Source: Candidatus Pacearchaeota archaeon
GTDB taxonomy: Archaea > Nanobdellota > Nanobdellia > Pacearchaeales > GW2011-AR1
Direction: 5' to 3'
Assembly: GCA_018303855.1 (NCBI GenBank)
Contig: JAGVXI010000012.1
Coordinates: 2,403-66,402 of the forward strand
Length of the DNA: 64,000 nt
In this document: one piece after another, positions 30,937-41,771 of the stretch
Position numbering within the stretch: the stretch's first letter is position 1
Layout of the letters: every line of letters starts with the position of its first letter
The notes under the pieces: model-generated
The model's database searches: none
Seen by the model: only the letters and a program-made list of their open reading frames with translations
What the model was told of the DNA's origin: nothing
Translations under genes and position numbers: made by a program

Positions 30937-31055
30937 CTTACACGCTTTATAAATATTTGCATATTGTTCTTACTTCTAAAAGGTAACAAGATAGTAAGGT
31001 TTATAAAGCCTGTATTATTGCTATTTTTAAGTAATTAAAATATACTAAAAATAAA

Positions 31056-31442
31056 ATGACAAGAAATAGAGAAAGATATTTTATATCAGAACATGATGCA
31101 AGCTCTGCTGAAGCAGATTCATCTTTACTAGATAGGATTGGCAATAAAATTATGGAAATTCCAGGCATAAAAAAAGTTATAATCGACACAACAAATTTCA
31201 TAGTAAATGGTCAAGTTAAAAAAAGAATAAATTTCGGAGTTTTAGGTTGTCTTGAACGGCCAGAACTTTATAGTGTTTATGATGTTATAGCAGAAAATCT
31301 TGGTTATTGTTCTATTAAACATATAGAACCTAAAATTCCTGCTGAATTAGATGGAGAAAGAAGAGTTTATGTTCAGGAATTAAGACAAGCTTATAACCCC
31401 TTAAAAAATTCTGAAACTGGATTAGGCGCGATATTACAATAA
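31056..31442 (+). CDS. Hypothetical protein
   Basis: 128 aa, first of a coupled gene run. Confidence 0.65.
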   Translation: MTRNRERYFISEHDASSAEADSSLLDRIGNKIMEIPGIKKVIIDTTNFIVNGQVKKRINFGVLGCLERPELYSVYDVIAENLGYCSIKHIEPKIPAELDGERRVYVQELRQAYNPLKNSETGLGAILQ

Positions 31443-31443
31443 A

Positions 31444-31845
31444 ATGGCACAAGAAAAAAATCACCAAACAGAGAAGCCAGGAATTAATCTGGAAAAACTA
31501 GTTGAAGAAGCGAATTTTGGTTCTGTCAATGATGGTCTTGCAGGAAGTAGGGGTTCACTTAAGGAGTATGTTGCTTTTAAAAAAGATGAAAAGGCTTATT
31601 ATTTGTGGAGAAATTTTGGAGATGCGTTAAAAGAGAAAATAGCTATAGCAGTTTTTAAGGATAATGATTTTTCAACATTAAAAATATATGAGCTCCCAAC
31701 ATCTGAATTCTTAAGTCAATCATTAATTGCAGGAGAAAAGATTAAACTAAGCAAAGAAATACTTAAATATTCTGGTGAAAAAGCTTTGGAAGTTCTTAAA
31801 CATTGTGCGGAAGTTATTAAATATAGATTTAGGCATGGGGGATAA
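31444..31845 (+). CDS. Hypothetical protein
   Basis: 133 aa, 1-nt gaps to both neighbours. Confidence 0.7.
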   Translation: MAQEKNHQTEKPGINLEKLVEEANFGSVNDGLAGSRGSLKEYVAFKKDEKAYYLWRNFGDALKEKIAIAVFKDNDFSTLKIYELPTSEFLSQSLIAGEKIKLSKEILKYSGEKALEVLKHCAEVIKYRFRHGG

Positions 31846-31846
31846 A

Positions 31847-32626
31847 ATGATAGTAAAACAAGAACTTATAAACAAAATAAAGGATTATTTTGATTTGAAT
31901 ATTTATGAAACTAAAGTTTGGTTAGCTTTGCTTGCTAAAGGTGTTGCTTCTGCAGGCGAAATTGCTGAGATTTCCGGGGTTCCAAGAAGCAGAACATATG
32001 ATGTCTTGGAGGGTTTGGAAAAGAGAGGGTTTGCAATAGTAAAGCTGGGCAAACCTGCAAAATATCTTGTAGTTAAACCACATATGATAATTGAAAAAAT
32101 GAAGAACAATACTGTTAGAGATGCAGAAGAAAGAGTTCAGATACTTTCAAAAGTAAAAGAAACAAAAGAATACCAAAATCTTGAGGATTTGTATAGGGAA
32201 GGAATAACTCCTATAAAAACCGAGGATGTTTCTGCTTCCTTGAAAGGAAAATCAAATATCTCTAATCATCTGCGTGAAATTTTGCAAAATGCCAAAAAAG
32301 AAGTTATAATCTGCACAAATGCTGCAGATATTTCAAATAAAATAAAGCTATTTGAGCAAACATTTGAAAGGCTTAAAAGCTCCGGGATTAAGATAAAAAT
32401 AGCTTTAACAGGGGATGAGGAACTTATTACCCAGCTTAGCAAAAAACTGAACATAAAGATTAAGCCAATTGGCATAGAAGCTAAATTTTTCATTATAGAC
32501 AGGAAAGAAATTTTATTTTACACCTCAAATTCAACAAAAGCAGCTGAAGACGATATAGCAATATGGCTTAATTCAGAATTTTTCGCAGAAGCTTTTGCAA
32601 GTTTGTTTGACAGGGCTGTGGGATAG
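31847..32626 (+). CDS. TrmB-family transcriptional regulator
   Basis: LNIYE.KVW.ALL..G...AGEIAEISGVPRSRTYDVLE.LEKRGF; start placed at MIVKQ. Confidence 0.92.
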   Translation: MIVKQELINKIKDYFDLNIYETKVWLALLAKGVASAGEIAEISGVPRSRTYDVLEGLEKRGFAIVKLGKPAKYLVVKPHMIIEKMKNNTVRDAEERVQILSKVKETKEYQNLEDLYREGITPIKTEDVSASLKGKSNISNHLREILQNAKKEVIICTNAADISNKIKLFEQTFERLKSSGIKIKIALTGDEELITQLSKKLNIKIKPIGIEAKFFIIDRKEILFYTSNSTKAAEDDIAIWLNSEFFAEAFASLFDRAVG

Positions 32627-32638
32627 GAGAAAGACAAA

Positions 32639-32863
32639 ATGACAAATGCATTAAGAGATTCATTAAAAGCATTGGATGTGTGTCTTGTACCAACCTCTCT
32701 CCTTAGATTGATGCATAGTGATATAAAAGATGCCAGCAATGTTGGTATGCCCTATTCATTAAAAGAAAAATCAATATTATGCGGTTCAGTATTAGGAGCA
32801 GAAACAATAAGATTGGGTGTTTATGCCGGCGGAGTTGCTTTGTATAATATTCTTAGTTCTTAA
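32639..32863 (+). CDS. Hypothetical protein
   Basis: 74 aa, AGGAG upstream, hydrophobic C-terminus. Confidence 0.6.
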   Translation: MTNALRDSLKALDVCLVPTSLLRLMHSDIKDASNVGMPYSLKEKSILCGSVLGAETIRLGVYAGGVALYNILSS

Positions 32864-32874
32864 ATTAATTAAAA

Positions 32875-33135
32875 ATGGCAAAAGAAAATTTTTCTGAGGG
32901 CTACTTTCCTATGGGAATCATGGCTAAACAAAAATTAGAAGAGGTTAGAAATCTTTTAGAGGGGATTGTTGAAGTGTATAGAGATATACAGGATACAGGT
33001 CAGGAAAGAGTCAGAGATGCTACTTATTTTTTTATTAATGGCGGGATAATAAGGCTAGATAGTAAAGGAGTTAAACTATCTGAAAAAGTTAATAAAAACT
33101 TAACAAGTAGGATAAGGTTAATGCTTGGTTTTTGA
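32875..33135 (+). CDS. Hypothetical protein
   Basis: 86 aa ORF continuing the run. Confidence 0.6.
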   Translation: MAKENFSEGYFPMGIMAKQKLEEVRNLLEGIVEVYRDIQDTGQERVRDATYFFINGGIIRLDSKGVKLSEKVNKNLTSRIRLMLGF

Positions 33136-33281
33136 CGAATAATAAGTGGAGATGAAAGTTGAATATATCTTTTAAGTATTAATAGTTTAGTTGTTTTATT
33201 ATTAAATGTTCTTACTCTGTTTTTGTTAAATGATTATTTTTTGGCATCAATAAATATGTGTTATATGCAAGGCTAAAGAGT

Positions 33282-34574
33282 TTATCCAACAATCCTCAAC
33301 TCTCTTATACTCATCTCATTAATTCTTCTTGCGTTTTTCTTTTTCCAGTTGTTTATGGAATTGTTAATTGAAAAATCAACCTTATTCTTAGCATAAAGTC
33401 TGCTGTTCTTTATTAAGTAATTTTTATGTGCTTTTTTAAAAGCCCTAGCATTATTCTTATCAGTTGTATGAGGCCCCTGCGTAATTATCTCTTTTTTAGC
33501 CTTTGCAGTAAAATAAACTTGCGCTGATTTTTTGTTGTAATAATCAAATCCCTTGCTTTTTACATCAAAATATATGCTTATTTCCTGCACCAAGAAATTA
33601 TAAAATTTAAATAGTTTACTTCCGGCTATGTCTCCTTCTTGTTTGTCTGTCGTTATTTCAAGCTGGATAAATTCTCGCTTATTTTTTTTAGCATTTTCTT
33701 TAATTTCATTAATGTTTGCACCTTTTAATTCAAATGCTTCCACTTTTGGATTATTAATAAATTTTTTACAAGTCTCTTTAAACTTTTCAAAAGTTTGTTC
33801 AGACAAGGCAGCCAAAGCATTTCTTTGTTTAAAAGTCGGATCAACTAAGATTATCGGCGACAGCAGTTTTGAGCTGTTAATATCCATCAGAATATTGGAT
33901 TTATTTTTATAATGCTTTTGCAAGTCTATTACAATTTTATCTTTCCCATTAGACTTAGCAACAGCCTTGATAAAGTTTATAAAACTCTTATAATGCAGAA
34001 TTAATAGCTCTAAAGAATACCCAGAAAAACCCCGAATATAGCTTTCAGCACCATAGCATTTATTTGCATAGCAAAACGCTTTAACCAGCATAACCTCATC
34101 AACAAGTTTTTTTGTCTTCAACTTATTTTTAACATACTTCACGTGGCTGTAAGACAAATCGGTTATGTTCTGAGCTTGATTGGGCTTTGATATTTTCATA
34201 ACAGGGATTAATTCAATGCAGAAATTATTAGCAGGAGTTACTTTAAAATAATCCCTTGAGCCGTGGATTAAGGTGTATTTTTCTCTGCTTGTTTTTAGTA
34301 TTTTTTCAGTTAAAGCTGAGATAGTATCTTGATTGTACTTTTTATCAAATCGTATAAAGATATCCACATCATAGATTTCTCTTTTTATGATTGTTCTTTT
34401 AGCAAAGCTTCCGCCAACAAAAACCTCTGCCTTAATCTTTTGTTTTTTTATCCCACGTTTTAATTTTTCCAGAAATTTGTTTAATATGGGGGTTATTTCT
34501 TTAAAATCATTTGAGGGGTTAACTTTAATTAAAACTTCTTTGAATATAGAGTTAACAGCGCTTTTGCTTTTCAT
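33282..34574 (-). CDS. cca: CCA-adding enzyme (class I nucleotidyltransferase)
   Basis: GGSFAKRT...DVDIF, YGAESYIRGFSGYSLELL, VDPT...RNA.AAL. Confidence 0.93.
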   Translation of the reverse strand: MKSKSAVNSIFKEVLIKVNPSNDFKEITPILNKFLEKLKRGIKKQKIKAEVFVGGSFAKRTIIKREIYDVDIFIRFDKKYNQDTISALTEKILKTSREKYTLIHGSRDYFKVTPANNFCIELIPVMKISKPNQAQNITDLSYSHVKYVKNKLKTKKLVDEVMLVKAFCYANKCYGAESYIRGFSGYSLELLILHYKSFINFIKAVAKSNGKDKIVIDLQKHYKNKSNILMDINSSKLLSPIILVDPTFKQRNALAALSEQTFEKFKETCKKFINNPKVEAFELKGANINEIKENAKKNKREFIQLEITTDKQEGDIAGSKLFKFYNFLVQEISIYFDVKSKGFDYYNKKSAQVYFTAKAKKEIITQGPHTTDKNNARAFKKAHKNYLIKNSRLYAKNKVDFSINNSINNWKKKNARRINEMSIRELRIVG

Positions 34575-34776
34575 GAACTGATAAAGCTAAAGTAGTTTTT
34601 ATTTCTTTTCTTTGGTTAAATTTTGGTATATTGAAGTGTTGTGAAAATAAAATATGCAGGTTAATCTGCTAAACATTAAGATGCCAGTTACAATTGAGCA
34701 ACTTATATTTTGTTTTATCATTAAAATACTGCCTTAGTCTGCTTAACTCTGCTTTCTTAACAATCTTTTAAAGGAA

Positions 34777-35181
34777 TTATTCCGGTTCCCTAATCTCCTT
34801 AATATCTCTCATGTCTTTCTGCAAAGTTGAAGCTAAGTCAATTATATATTTCCCTTCTTCTAACTTGTAAATAAGGGGTCTTTTTTTGTTGAAAAGATTA
34901 ACAATATCAAGCTGAAATTTTCCCTCTCCCATAACCCTTATAGATTCAAGGTCAAGTATAACAGGAGCAGTGTCTTCTGAAATTCCAGCCATTTCCCTGA
35001 CATCTTTCTCAATCTGTTTTTTGTCTTCTGTAGGAATTTCAATTGGCTGTTCTCTTATTTGCTGCAATTGTTCATCTTTAATGTAAAAGAAAAAATGCCC
35101 CTTGCACTCCTTGCAACCCTCTAATAATTCACGGCTTCCAGACTCAATAATTTTACCGCAATGAACACATTGGTGAGGCAT
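34777..35181 (-). CDS. oapC: Zn-ribbon protein OapC (DUF2072)
   Basis: MPHQCVHCG...LL.GC..C, ESIRV..EGKF.LD; third gene of the oap trio. Confidence 0.85.
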   Translation of the reverse strand: MPHQCVHCGKIIESGSRELLEGCKECKGHFFFYIKDEQLQQIREQPIEIPTEDKKQIEKDVREMAGISEDTAPVILDLESIRVMGEGKFQLDIVNLFNKKRPLIYKLEEGKYIIDLASTLQKDMRDIKEIREPE

Positions 35182-35453
35182 TTTATGATTTTTATTACTC
35201 TTGGTTTAATTAATCTAAAAATTATATAAACTTAATAAAGTTATCTGTGCTGTTTGTGTTTATTCTTGGGTTTTAGTGGGAAATAAATAGATAGTTAACC
35301 ATGGAACATAGGCGGGGTGACAAATGAAATATTATCGTGCATAAACTTTTGAGCTAATTATTGGTTTTAACTATTAAAAATTATAATGCCTTAGTTATAG
35401 ATATTATTAAACTCCAAGCATTAAAATTCTCAACCACAATAAAAAATTGAAGT

Positions 35454-35861
35454 TTACTTCAGTAACAATTCAATCTTTTTAGGATTTCGTTTCATTTCTT
35501 TAACAATTGTTGCGGGTCCTATAATTGTAACAGCGTTTATGTTTCCGCCTGTTAAAGCACTTGCAAGCCCTGATTTAAACTTGCTGTAAAATCCTTCATT
35601 TTCATTATTGCCGCTTATCACTGCTAATTCTATTCCCTTAAAACTTTTAATATGTCCAATCATTGCCATTGTATCCCCAATTAATCTTGTTTCTTCATCT
35701 GGCTGCAGTTTACCCTGCAGAATAAGAATATTATTGCCAAGAACAATTGACAGGATTTTTCTGATTCTTTGGGTGCTGTCTAAATCTCTGATTTCAGAAA
35801 ACGGTAAAAACTGTATGCTAAATCCCTTTATCTTTCCAAGCCTCTTCTCTATTTTTTTCAT
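35454..35861 (-). CDS. oapB: OapB (DUF2073)
   Basis: IRKIL..V....ILILQG.L.PDEE..LI..TM, T.IGPA. Confidence 0.85.
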   Translation of the reverse strand: MKKIEKRLGKIKGFSIQFLPFSEIRDLDSTQRIRKILSIVLGNNILILQGKLQPDEETRLIGDTMAMIGHIKSFKGIELAVISGNNENEGFYSKFKSGLASALTGGNINAVTIIGPATIVKEMKRNPKKIELLLK

Positions 35862-36049
35862 TTTTCCCTCTTTTTTATGCCTTATTCTTTAATTGATAAT
35901 GTTTAATATGGCTTAGTCCTATGTAATATCACCATACTACTATCATTGACACGTTTGTATTAATTAACTTTTTCTCTTACCTCTTTTAATTTTACTAACT
36001 TTTTGCTTATCCTATATTAACCAATATTTTTTCCTTTTTAATTCTTACT

Positions 36050-36691
36050 CTAAATTTTTTTGCTTAATTCAAAAACTGATTCGTAAAATTCTTCAAGATT
36101 TGCTCCATATTTTGCAGATATTCCTACAACATCATATTCTGGAAATGCTGCTTCTATCTTTTTTATGTCTGCCTTTTTTAAATCAATTTTATTAGCAACA
36201 ACCAAAACCGGAATGTTTCTCGCTACGAGGTTGCCTATAATTGTAATATTAACTTGGTTATACGGATTTTCAGTTGCATCCAATACAACTACAACAACAT
36301 CCATATCATCAAGCCATTTTATTGCATCAACAACCCCCTGGGTTGCCTCTTTTGCCCTTTTTTTAGCCTCATTCTTTTTCAGCTTGAATTTCATGAAATC
36401 TTCATAATCAATTTTAGTAGCGATGCCAGGTGTATCAATGAGCTTAAATGTCATTACTCTCCCCTTGTATTCTATATCAACTTTTTCTTTAAACTGGACA
36501 CTTCTTGTTTCATGGGGGATTTTGCTGATTTTCCCAATTTCTTCTCCTGTAAAATCCTTGCAAATTCTGTTTGCAAGAGAGGTTTTTCCCGCATTTGGCG
36601 GTCCATAAAATCCGAGTTTTATATGGCTCTTACTCTTAAAAATATTAGAGAAGATTCTTTTAAAAAAATTCTTAAATATCTTAATAACCAT
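36050..36691 (-). CDS. oapA: Era-like GTP-binding protein OapA
   Basis: GPPNAGKTSLANRI, PHETR, DTPG, NKID, ISA. Confidence 0.9.
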   Translation of the reverse strand: MVIKIFKNFFKRIFSNIFKSKSHIKLGFYGPPNAGKTSLANRICKDFTGEEIGKISKIPHETRSVQFKEKVDIEYKGRVMTFKLIDTPGIATKIDYEDFMKFKLKKNEAKKRAKEATQGVVDAIKWLDDMDVVVVVLDATENPYNQVNITIIGNLVARNIPVLVVANKIDLKKADIKKIEAAFPEYDVVGISAKYGANLEEFYESVFELSKKI

Positions 36692-36749
36692 ATTAAATAT
36701 TGTTTAAAGTCTTTATTAAAGTTTTCTGTGGTTTATTGCTTATTTTGTG

Positions 36750-39428
36750 CTACCTTTCTTCTGGTTTTTTAACAGAAGGGCCTTTTGGACTTTGAGGCAT
36801 GATTTTTTTCTTATCTATTCCAAACGGGATAGATGGTCCAGGCATCCAGGTTTTTTTTCCAGAATATTTTTTAATGGCATAACTTATTTGCTCTCCAGAC
36901 CAACCAGCACTTTTTAGTTTTTCTTTAATCTGGCTGTCTGTGAGCCCCCTACTTTTTGCATTGTGTATATATGCAAGTATGTTAAAAAGATCATTTCTGT
37001 TTTTGAATAAATGGCTTTCATACCTTTGCTTATACCATATTTGCATCCCAATATAAGCTACAATCCCAATTAAAATTACTATAGCTAAAATTATAAGGAA
37101 AAGAGCAATAGGAAAAGGAACTGGTTTTGGAGGCTTTATCTCTGTTTCTATTGGCAATTCCTCTAAACTAGGCGAAATAAAAACCGGCAAATCAACAAAA
37201 CTAAAATCTTCTGTTGTAGAAAACATAAGTTTAGTATTGGGATTTTCTAATTCTATATAAGCATAGCCCTCTTTCACTTTTTCTGAATAATACTTATCAA
37301 ATTTTAAATTATCAATGCCTTCAAATATCACAAAAACAGGATAATCAAATGCCTCATTTGCTGACATATCTAACTCAAAAACATTCAGAGCAGGCGTTGA
37401 ATATCCGTCATATTCCGCAGTAAATTCTTCAAATTTTATCTTTGTATCTAAATTCAAGGCATTCCAGCCATAAACAGAGTCAATAGAATTATCTGTATCA
37501 CCGCTAAATTCGCTTCCGCCAATTTCTTCTAATATGTATAAATCAATAATCTCTCTTTCTGGAAAATACGGCAATAGCCCAGTGCTTTTGGTTTTTTGAA
37601 TTGATTCAGGAATATTTAAATTATTTAATTCCAGCATGATTTCAATGTATTTTTGCTCGGTTGCCGCATTTTTATATGCTTGCTGTAAACTTTTTATTTT
37701 ATCTTCTGTTCCAGCTGTATCAAACAAATTTTCCAGGCTTTCTCTAACAAATAAGCTGTAGCCAGTGATATTTAATTTTAAGTTTTCAAGAGCTTTTCTT
37801 TTTTCTTCCAGGGTTGTATTAACTATTTCTTGCGGCGAGCCGACTAAGATACTGAAAGTTTTCAAAGATGTTAAAAGCTCAGCATCTGTAACACTTAATT
37901 TCAATTCATATGTGCCTGTTGAATTATACATGTGGGTGGCTCTATTTATACTGGTTATTTGTTGTGCGCCATCGCCGAATTCCCATTCATATTTAGTAAT
38001 ATTTGTTTCTCCTTTTGTTATATAAGCAACAAATTCAGTTGGATTTCCAGCAGCAGCAGACTGGGGAAGAACTATTCTAATAGTTGGAATTTTCTCAATG
38101 GAGATTTCTTTTAATAATATCTCATCTCCTTTAAACTTTAAAGTGATAGTAGTATTGCCATATTCATTTGGAACAGAAAGGTGTGCCTCATCTAATTTTA
38201 AAATGCCATGATTCCCGCTGATTTTTGCAGCATTCTCGCTTAAGTCATAAATCCTGTCATCAACAATTAATCCCCCGGAAGTTTGCACTCTTGCTGTTAG
38301 ATTAGATAAAGTTATTTCCTGGGATGTTTCAGACACAAATTTTATTGGAATTATGCACCCAGCAGGCGCAGGGCAGTAATTGCTGTATTTTTCAGTTAAA
38401 TAATTGCTCATCTCGCTTGCTAAATTTATTCCATTAGACAATGAATTTTTTATTGTTTTGGCTCCAAATGCCTGGAATTTTTTTGGCTGCATAAAAATAT
38501 TGTAAGCAGCTATTTCTGTCGGGTTTGAATAAGGCAAGCCATAAAATCCGCATGCTGTTGCAGGAGCATCATTCCCCTGTATTCTATAATCCCCTGCTCC
38601 TGTGCTGGAACGGATGCATACATAATAATCTCCTGGTTCAAATAATTGCTTTATATCGCATGAAATTTCTGTTCCGTCTGGACTGGCACTTTGCGTTGGC
38701 AATTCACATCTTGTGCTCGGCAAACTATAGCCTTCTGTATCAAACACTTCCATATACAATTTCGCACTTGATTCAGATATCTTTTTCACCCATGCTCCGA
38801 TTCTAAATCCAGGAGCTTCTGGGAAATTTATTTTTTGGCAATAATAATTAACACCAAGAACATACTCTTTATTGGCTGATGTAAAACAACCTTTGCGTTT
38901 TAAAGAAGAGCATAAGGAATTAGATAAATTTTCGTTTTTAATTTCGAAAGTTTCATCATCAAAAATATCTATTTTTAATTGATTTGTGCAAGATTCTCCT
39001 GCATCACTTTTTATGGTTAGTTCAAATGATTCTACTGCAGAAACATCATTGCCGGTAAATTTTAATCCATAAACTGTAGATTGTCCTGGCAACAAGCTAA
39101 ATGTTTTTGTTGTCTCGCTGTTAGAACCAGCATATGCTGTGCCGCAATCTCCAGGCACACAAGAATAATCATATTCGTCATTTAATTCAAGCAATTTAAT
39201 AAGTGATATATTATCTCTATCATCTATCTGAAAAAGTGAGGTTGCAGGCTCATTGTTAAAACTTATGTTAATCCAACCCCTTAATGCATCATTCGGGGCA
39301 TATTGCTTTTCTATTGAATAATTGCTGACACTAAAGCTGGCTGATAAAACATTAAGGTTGATTAATAATAGGAAGGTTGTTAATAATAATAGCATGTTTA
39401 GTTTATTGTTAAACTTTTTAACTTTCAT
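36750..39428 (-). CDS. Large PKD-domain surface protein with C-terminal TM and cytoplasmic three-helix module
   Basis: Signal peptide; YEWEFGDG...H.Y...GTY...L.VTD PKD motif; TM; YI..A.SRG......LKSAGWSGEQI. Confidence 0.85.
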   Translation of the reverse strand: MKVKKFNNKLNMLLLLTTFLLLINLNVLSASFSVSNYSIEKQYAPNDALRGWINISFNNEPATSLFQIDDRDNISLIKLLELNDEYDYSCVPGDCGTAYAGSNSETTKTFSLLPGQSTVYGLKFTGNDVSAVESFELTIKSDAGESCTNQLKIDIFDDETFEIKNENLSNSLCSSLKRKGCFTSANKEYVLGVNYYCQKINFPEAPGFRIGAWVKKISESSAKLYMEVFDTEGYSLPSTRCELPTQSASPDGTEISCDIKQLFEPGDYYVCIRSSTGAGDYRIQGNDAPATACGFYGLPYSNPTEIAAYNIFMQPKKFQAFGAKTIKNSLSNGINLASEMSNYLTEKYSNYCPAPAGCIIPIKFVSETSQEITLSNLTARVQTSGGLIVDDRIYDLSENAAKISGNHGILKLDEAHLSVPNEYGNTTITLKFKGDEILLKEISIEKIPTIRIVLPQSAAAGNPTEFVAYITKGETNITKYEWEFGDGAQQITSINRATHMYNSTGTYELKLSVTDAELLTSLKTFSILVGSPQEIVNTTLEEKRKALENLKLNITGYSLFVRESLENLFDTAGTEDKIKSLQQAYKNAATEQKYIEIMLELNNLNIPESIQKTKSTGLLPYFPEREIIDLYILEEIGGSEFSGDTDNSIDSVYGWNALNLDTKIKFEEFTAEYDGYSTPALNVFELDMSANEAFDYPVFVIFEGIDNLKFDKYYSEKVKEGYAYIELENPNTKLMFSTTEDFSFVDLPVFISPSLEELPIETEIKPPKPVPFPIALFLIILAIVILIGIVAYIGMQIWYKQRYESHLFKNRNDLFNILAYIHNAKSRGLTDSQIKEKLKSAGWSGEQISYAIKKYSGKKTWMPGPSIPFGIDKKKIMPQSPKGPSVKKPEER

Positions 39429-39552
39429 CTTTTATTCTATATAATTAATACTTTTTATTATATATTCAAACCTCTTTTTATAAATAAATTATTATTAATC
39501 TGCTTATATGCTATCAATATGTGTTATTATTAGCAACTTCTAATCTCTTTTT

Positions 39553-41196
39553 TTATCTAAGTAATAATCTTCTTTTAACAATCAGGGAAGTATAAATAAT
39601 TATAAGTATAATGCTTGAAACCAAAAAATTAAACCAGCTGAAAAATCCAAGTTCAAGTGCTCCTTTGCATGGAATTGTCCTGCTTCCGTTAATGCAGGAT
39701 TGACTTTCTTGATTAGGATCATAATGGCAAACGCTTCCATCAGTATTGCAAATAAAATCGTCTTCTTGGCCAACAGGGATATCACTAGCCGTATAACTAT
39801 TTGATACATGCCAATCCCATCTTGCTGTCCAATCATATTTTAAAAAACCATCTGCGCAATTATCATCTGAACGTTTGTCAAATGTGCACTCTCCAACATT
39901 TGGGGAAATTCCCGTAGGGGTATCATCTATATCGGTTTCATAACCATAAACACCTTCACATTTTTCTTCAGCTACTTCCCATTCACACCTGCAATTTACA
40001 AGTTTTATCAATATTCCTTCATAGCTTGGATCATCCTCCCGCGCAATAAACCAATCACTCTCACAATTTCTCTCATCCTCTCTAAAAAAGCTTACAGTTT
40101 CCAAAGCTACTGAATATTCAGGACTAGTTTCATCTACACTATTACAGGTAGTTGGATCTCCATATTTACTGCAAAGAGTATCTGGAACTGATAGGACGCA
40201 TTCATCTGCAACACAATCATATCCGTTTAAGCAGCAAGATCCAATATAATCTGGTCTTTCACAATTAATTGATGCATCGCTTTCAAAAATTCCGTCTGCA
40301 AACCATTGCGGAAATGCTCCGCTTGTATCACATGTGATCACAGGTCCAGGAATTTCAGGTGCTTCTGTTACTATTAATTCTCCTGATTCTAATGTAGCAG
40401 AACCATCAAAATTATTTGTTGTAAAAACATATTCTGGGTCATTTGAAGGTATAACTAGAGGGTTGTCATTTTCCCATAAAGTTGTCCATGTAACAAGTGC
40501 AAACCCTCTGTCAACATCTGTTTGTAGTACAGTATATGAACCGGTTTTAATTAGGTCATCAATTAAAAAATCTCTCTCATAAATTCTATAATTAATTACT
40601 TCACCAACAGACAAATCAATTTCAAATTTCATATTCACCTCAGTTGGTGCTTGCACTGTTGTAACTTGTGTATTTGCATCATTTGCATCTACCCACGAAA
40701 GAGTTTCAGTTGGAGGAACAAAAGTCTGCTTACAGCAGATTTTAGTGGGGTAATCAGCAAATGCACCAACATGTGCATTATCGGGTGAAGACAGGGAAAA
40801 CAATTCTATATACCCATTAGAAATATCACAAGAGTTTGAACTTGCAACACATTCCAAATCTGCAAAACAGATATCTATAGGATAAGTGGTTCTTGCCGGT
40901 TCTTGTGCGTGGGCATTTGTTTGTGCAGATAAACCAACAACCTTATTTGTTCCAGAGCATGTGTGAGGATTTGCTGAGGTGAAATCACAACAGACTGTAT
41001 ATTGGTATGGATTAGGATCATCCCAAGTTTGTGCGTGAGCATTTGTCAAATCTGATAAACCCAAAATAATTTCATTAGTGTTTGTACAAGCACTTCTTTG
41101 TACAATAGAACAGCCGTCAGCACTCACAATCCAAGCTGAGAATATAACCAAGAGTATCCCAAAAACTAAAACCAATAATTCCCTCTTTAATTTCAT
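39553..41196 (-). CDS. Cys-rich secreted protein with three NAH repeats and C-terminal TM
   Basis: Signal peptide, LS..(T/D)NAH x3, many Cys, C-terminal FFSW+TM; start placed at MKLKRE. Confidence 0.8.
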   Translation of the reverse strand: MKLKRELLVLVFGILLVIFSAWIVSADGCSIVQRSACTNTNEIILGLSDLTNAHAQTWDDPNPYQYTVCCDFTSANPHTCSGTNKVVGLSAQTNAHAQEPARTTYPIDICFADLECVASSNSCDISNGYIELFSLSSPDNAHVGAFADYPTKICCKQTFVPPTETLSWVDANDANTQVTTVQAPTEVNMKFEIDLSVGEVINYRIYERDFLIDDLIKTGSYTVLQTDVDRGFALVTWTTLWENDNPLVIPSNDPEYVFTTNNFDGSATLESGELIVTEAPEIPGPVITCDTSGAFPQWFADGIFESDASINCERPDYIGSCCLNGYDCVADECVLSVPDTLCSKYGDPTTCNSVDETSPEYSVALETVSFFREDERNCESDWFIAREDDPSYEGILIKLVNCRCEWEVAEEKCEGVYGYETDIDDTPTGISPNVGECTFDKRSDDNCADGFLKYDWTARWDWHVSNSYTASDIPVGQEDDFICNTDGSVCHYDPNQESQSCINGSRTIPCKGALELGFFSWFNFLVSSIILIIIYTSLIVKRRLLLR

Positions 41197-41687
41197 GAAT
41201 ACTACAGCCAAAGCTATTTTATAAATGTTTTTCTACTGTCTTATATAGTTAATAATTGATAACCACTAACCTAAAAAATAATAAGCAATGTTGTTAACTC
41301 ATAAAACAACCGCTATAAGTCTCTCTTTTAATAATCTCTTAATCTTATTTTATATTGATTTTTTAGCAAGTAATTCATCGTTAATCACTTTTACCAACTT
41401 TTAAACTAATAGCTTCAATTTATTGACAATTTAATTTATTATTAATTGCGGTTAACAAAACTTATTAGCAAGATTAATCTTAGTTTAATAACACGCCATT
41501 TTCAACAAGTTTTTATAATTAATTAAATGTTTAAGAACTAATTAAATATTTAGCAAGAAATCCAATTACTTTAGTTGCTGTATGAATTGCATTATACGTG
41601 TTTATACAAGTGAGATATTTCTACGAGTATAATATTAACATATGCTAAATCTTGCTAGTGATTAGTAAATAATTAATTACAAAAACG

Positions 41688-41707
41688 CCATGGGCTTTAG
41701 CTCATGG
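41688..41707. repeat. IS200/IS605-like subterminal hairpin (orphan)
   Basis: CCATGGGC-TTTA-GCTCATGG, GC-rich stem with TTTA loop in an AT-rich spacer. Confidence 0.55.
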
Positions 41708-41771
41708 AGAAACTAATATTAGTCACATGTTTTTATTTCTTAAAATTAATTTTACTAATATTTTAAAAAAT

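Noticed and set aside
34575-36750. Replication origin next to oapABC
   Set aside because: No ORB-like repeats and no orc1/cdc6 gene seen.
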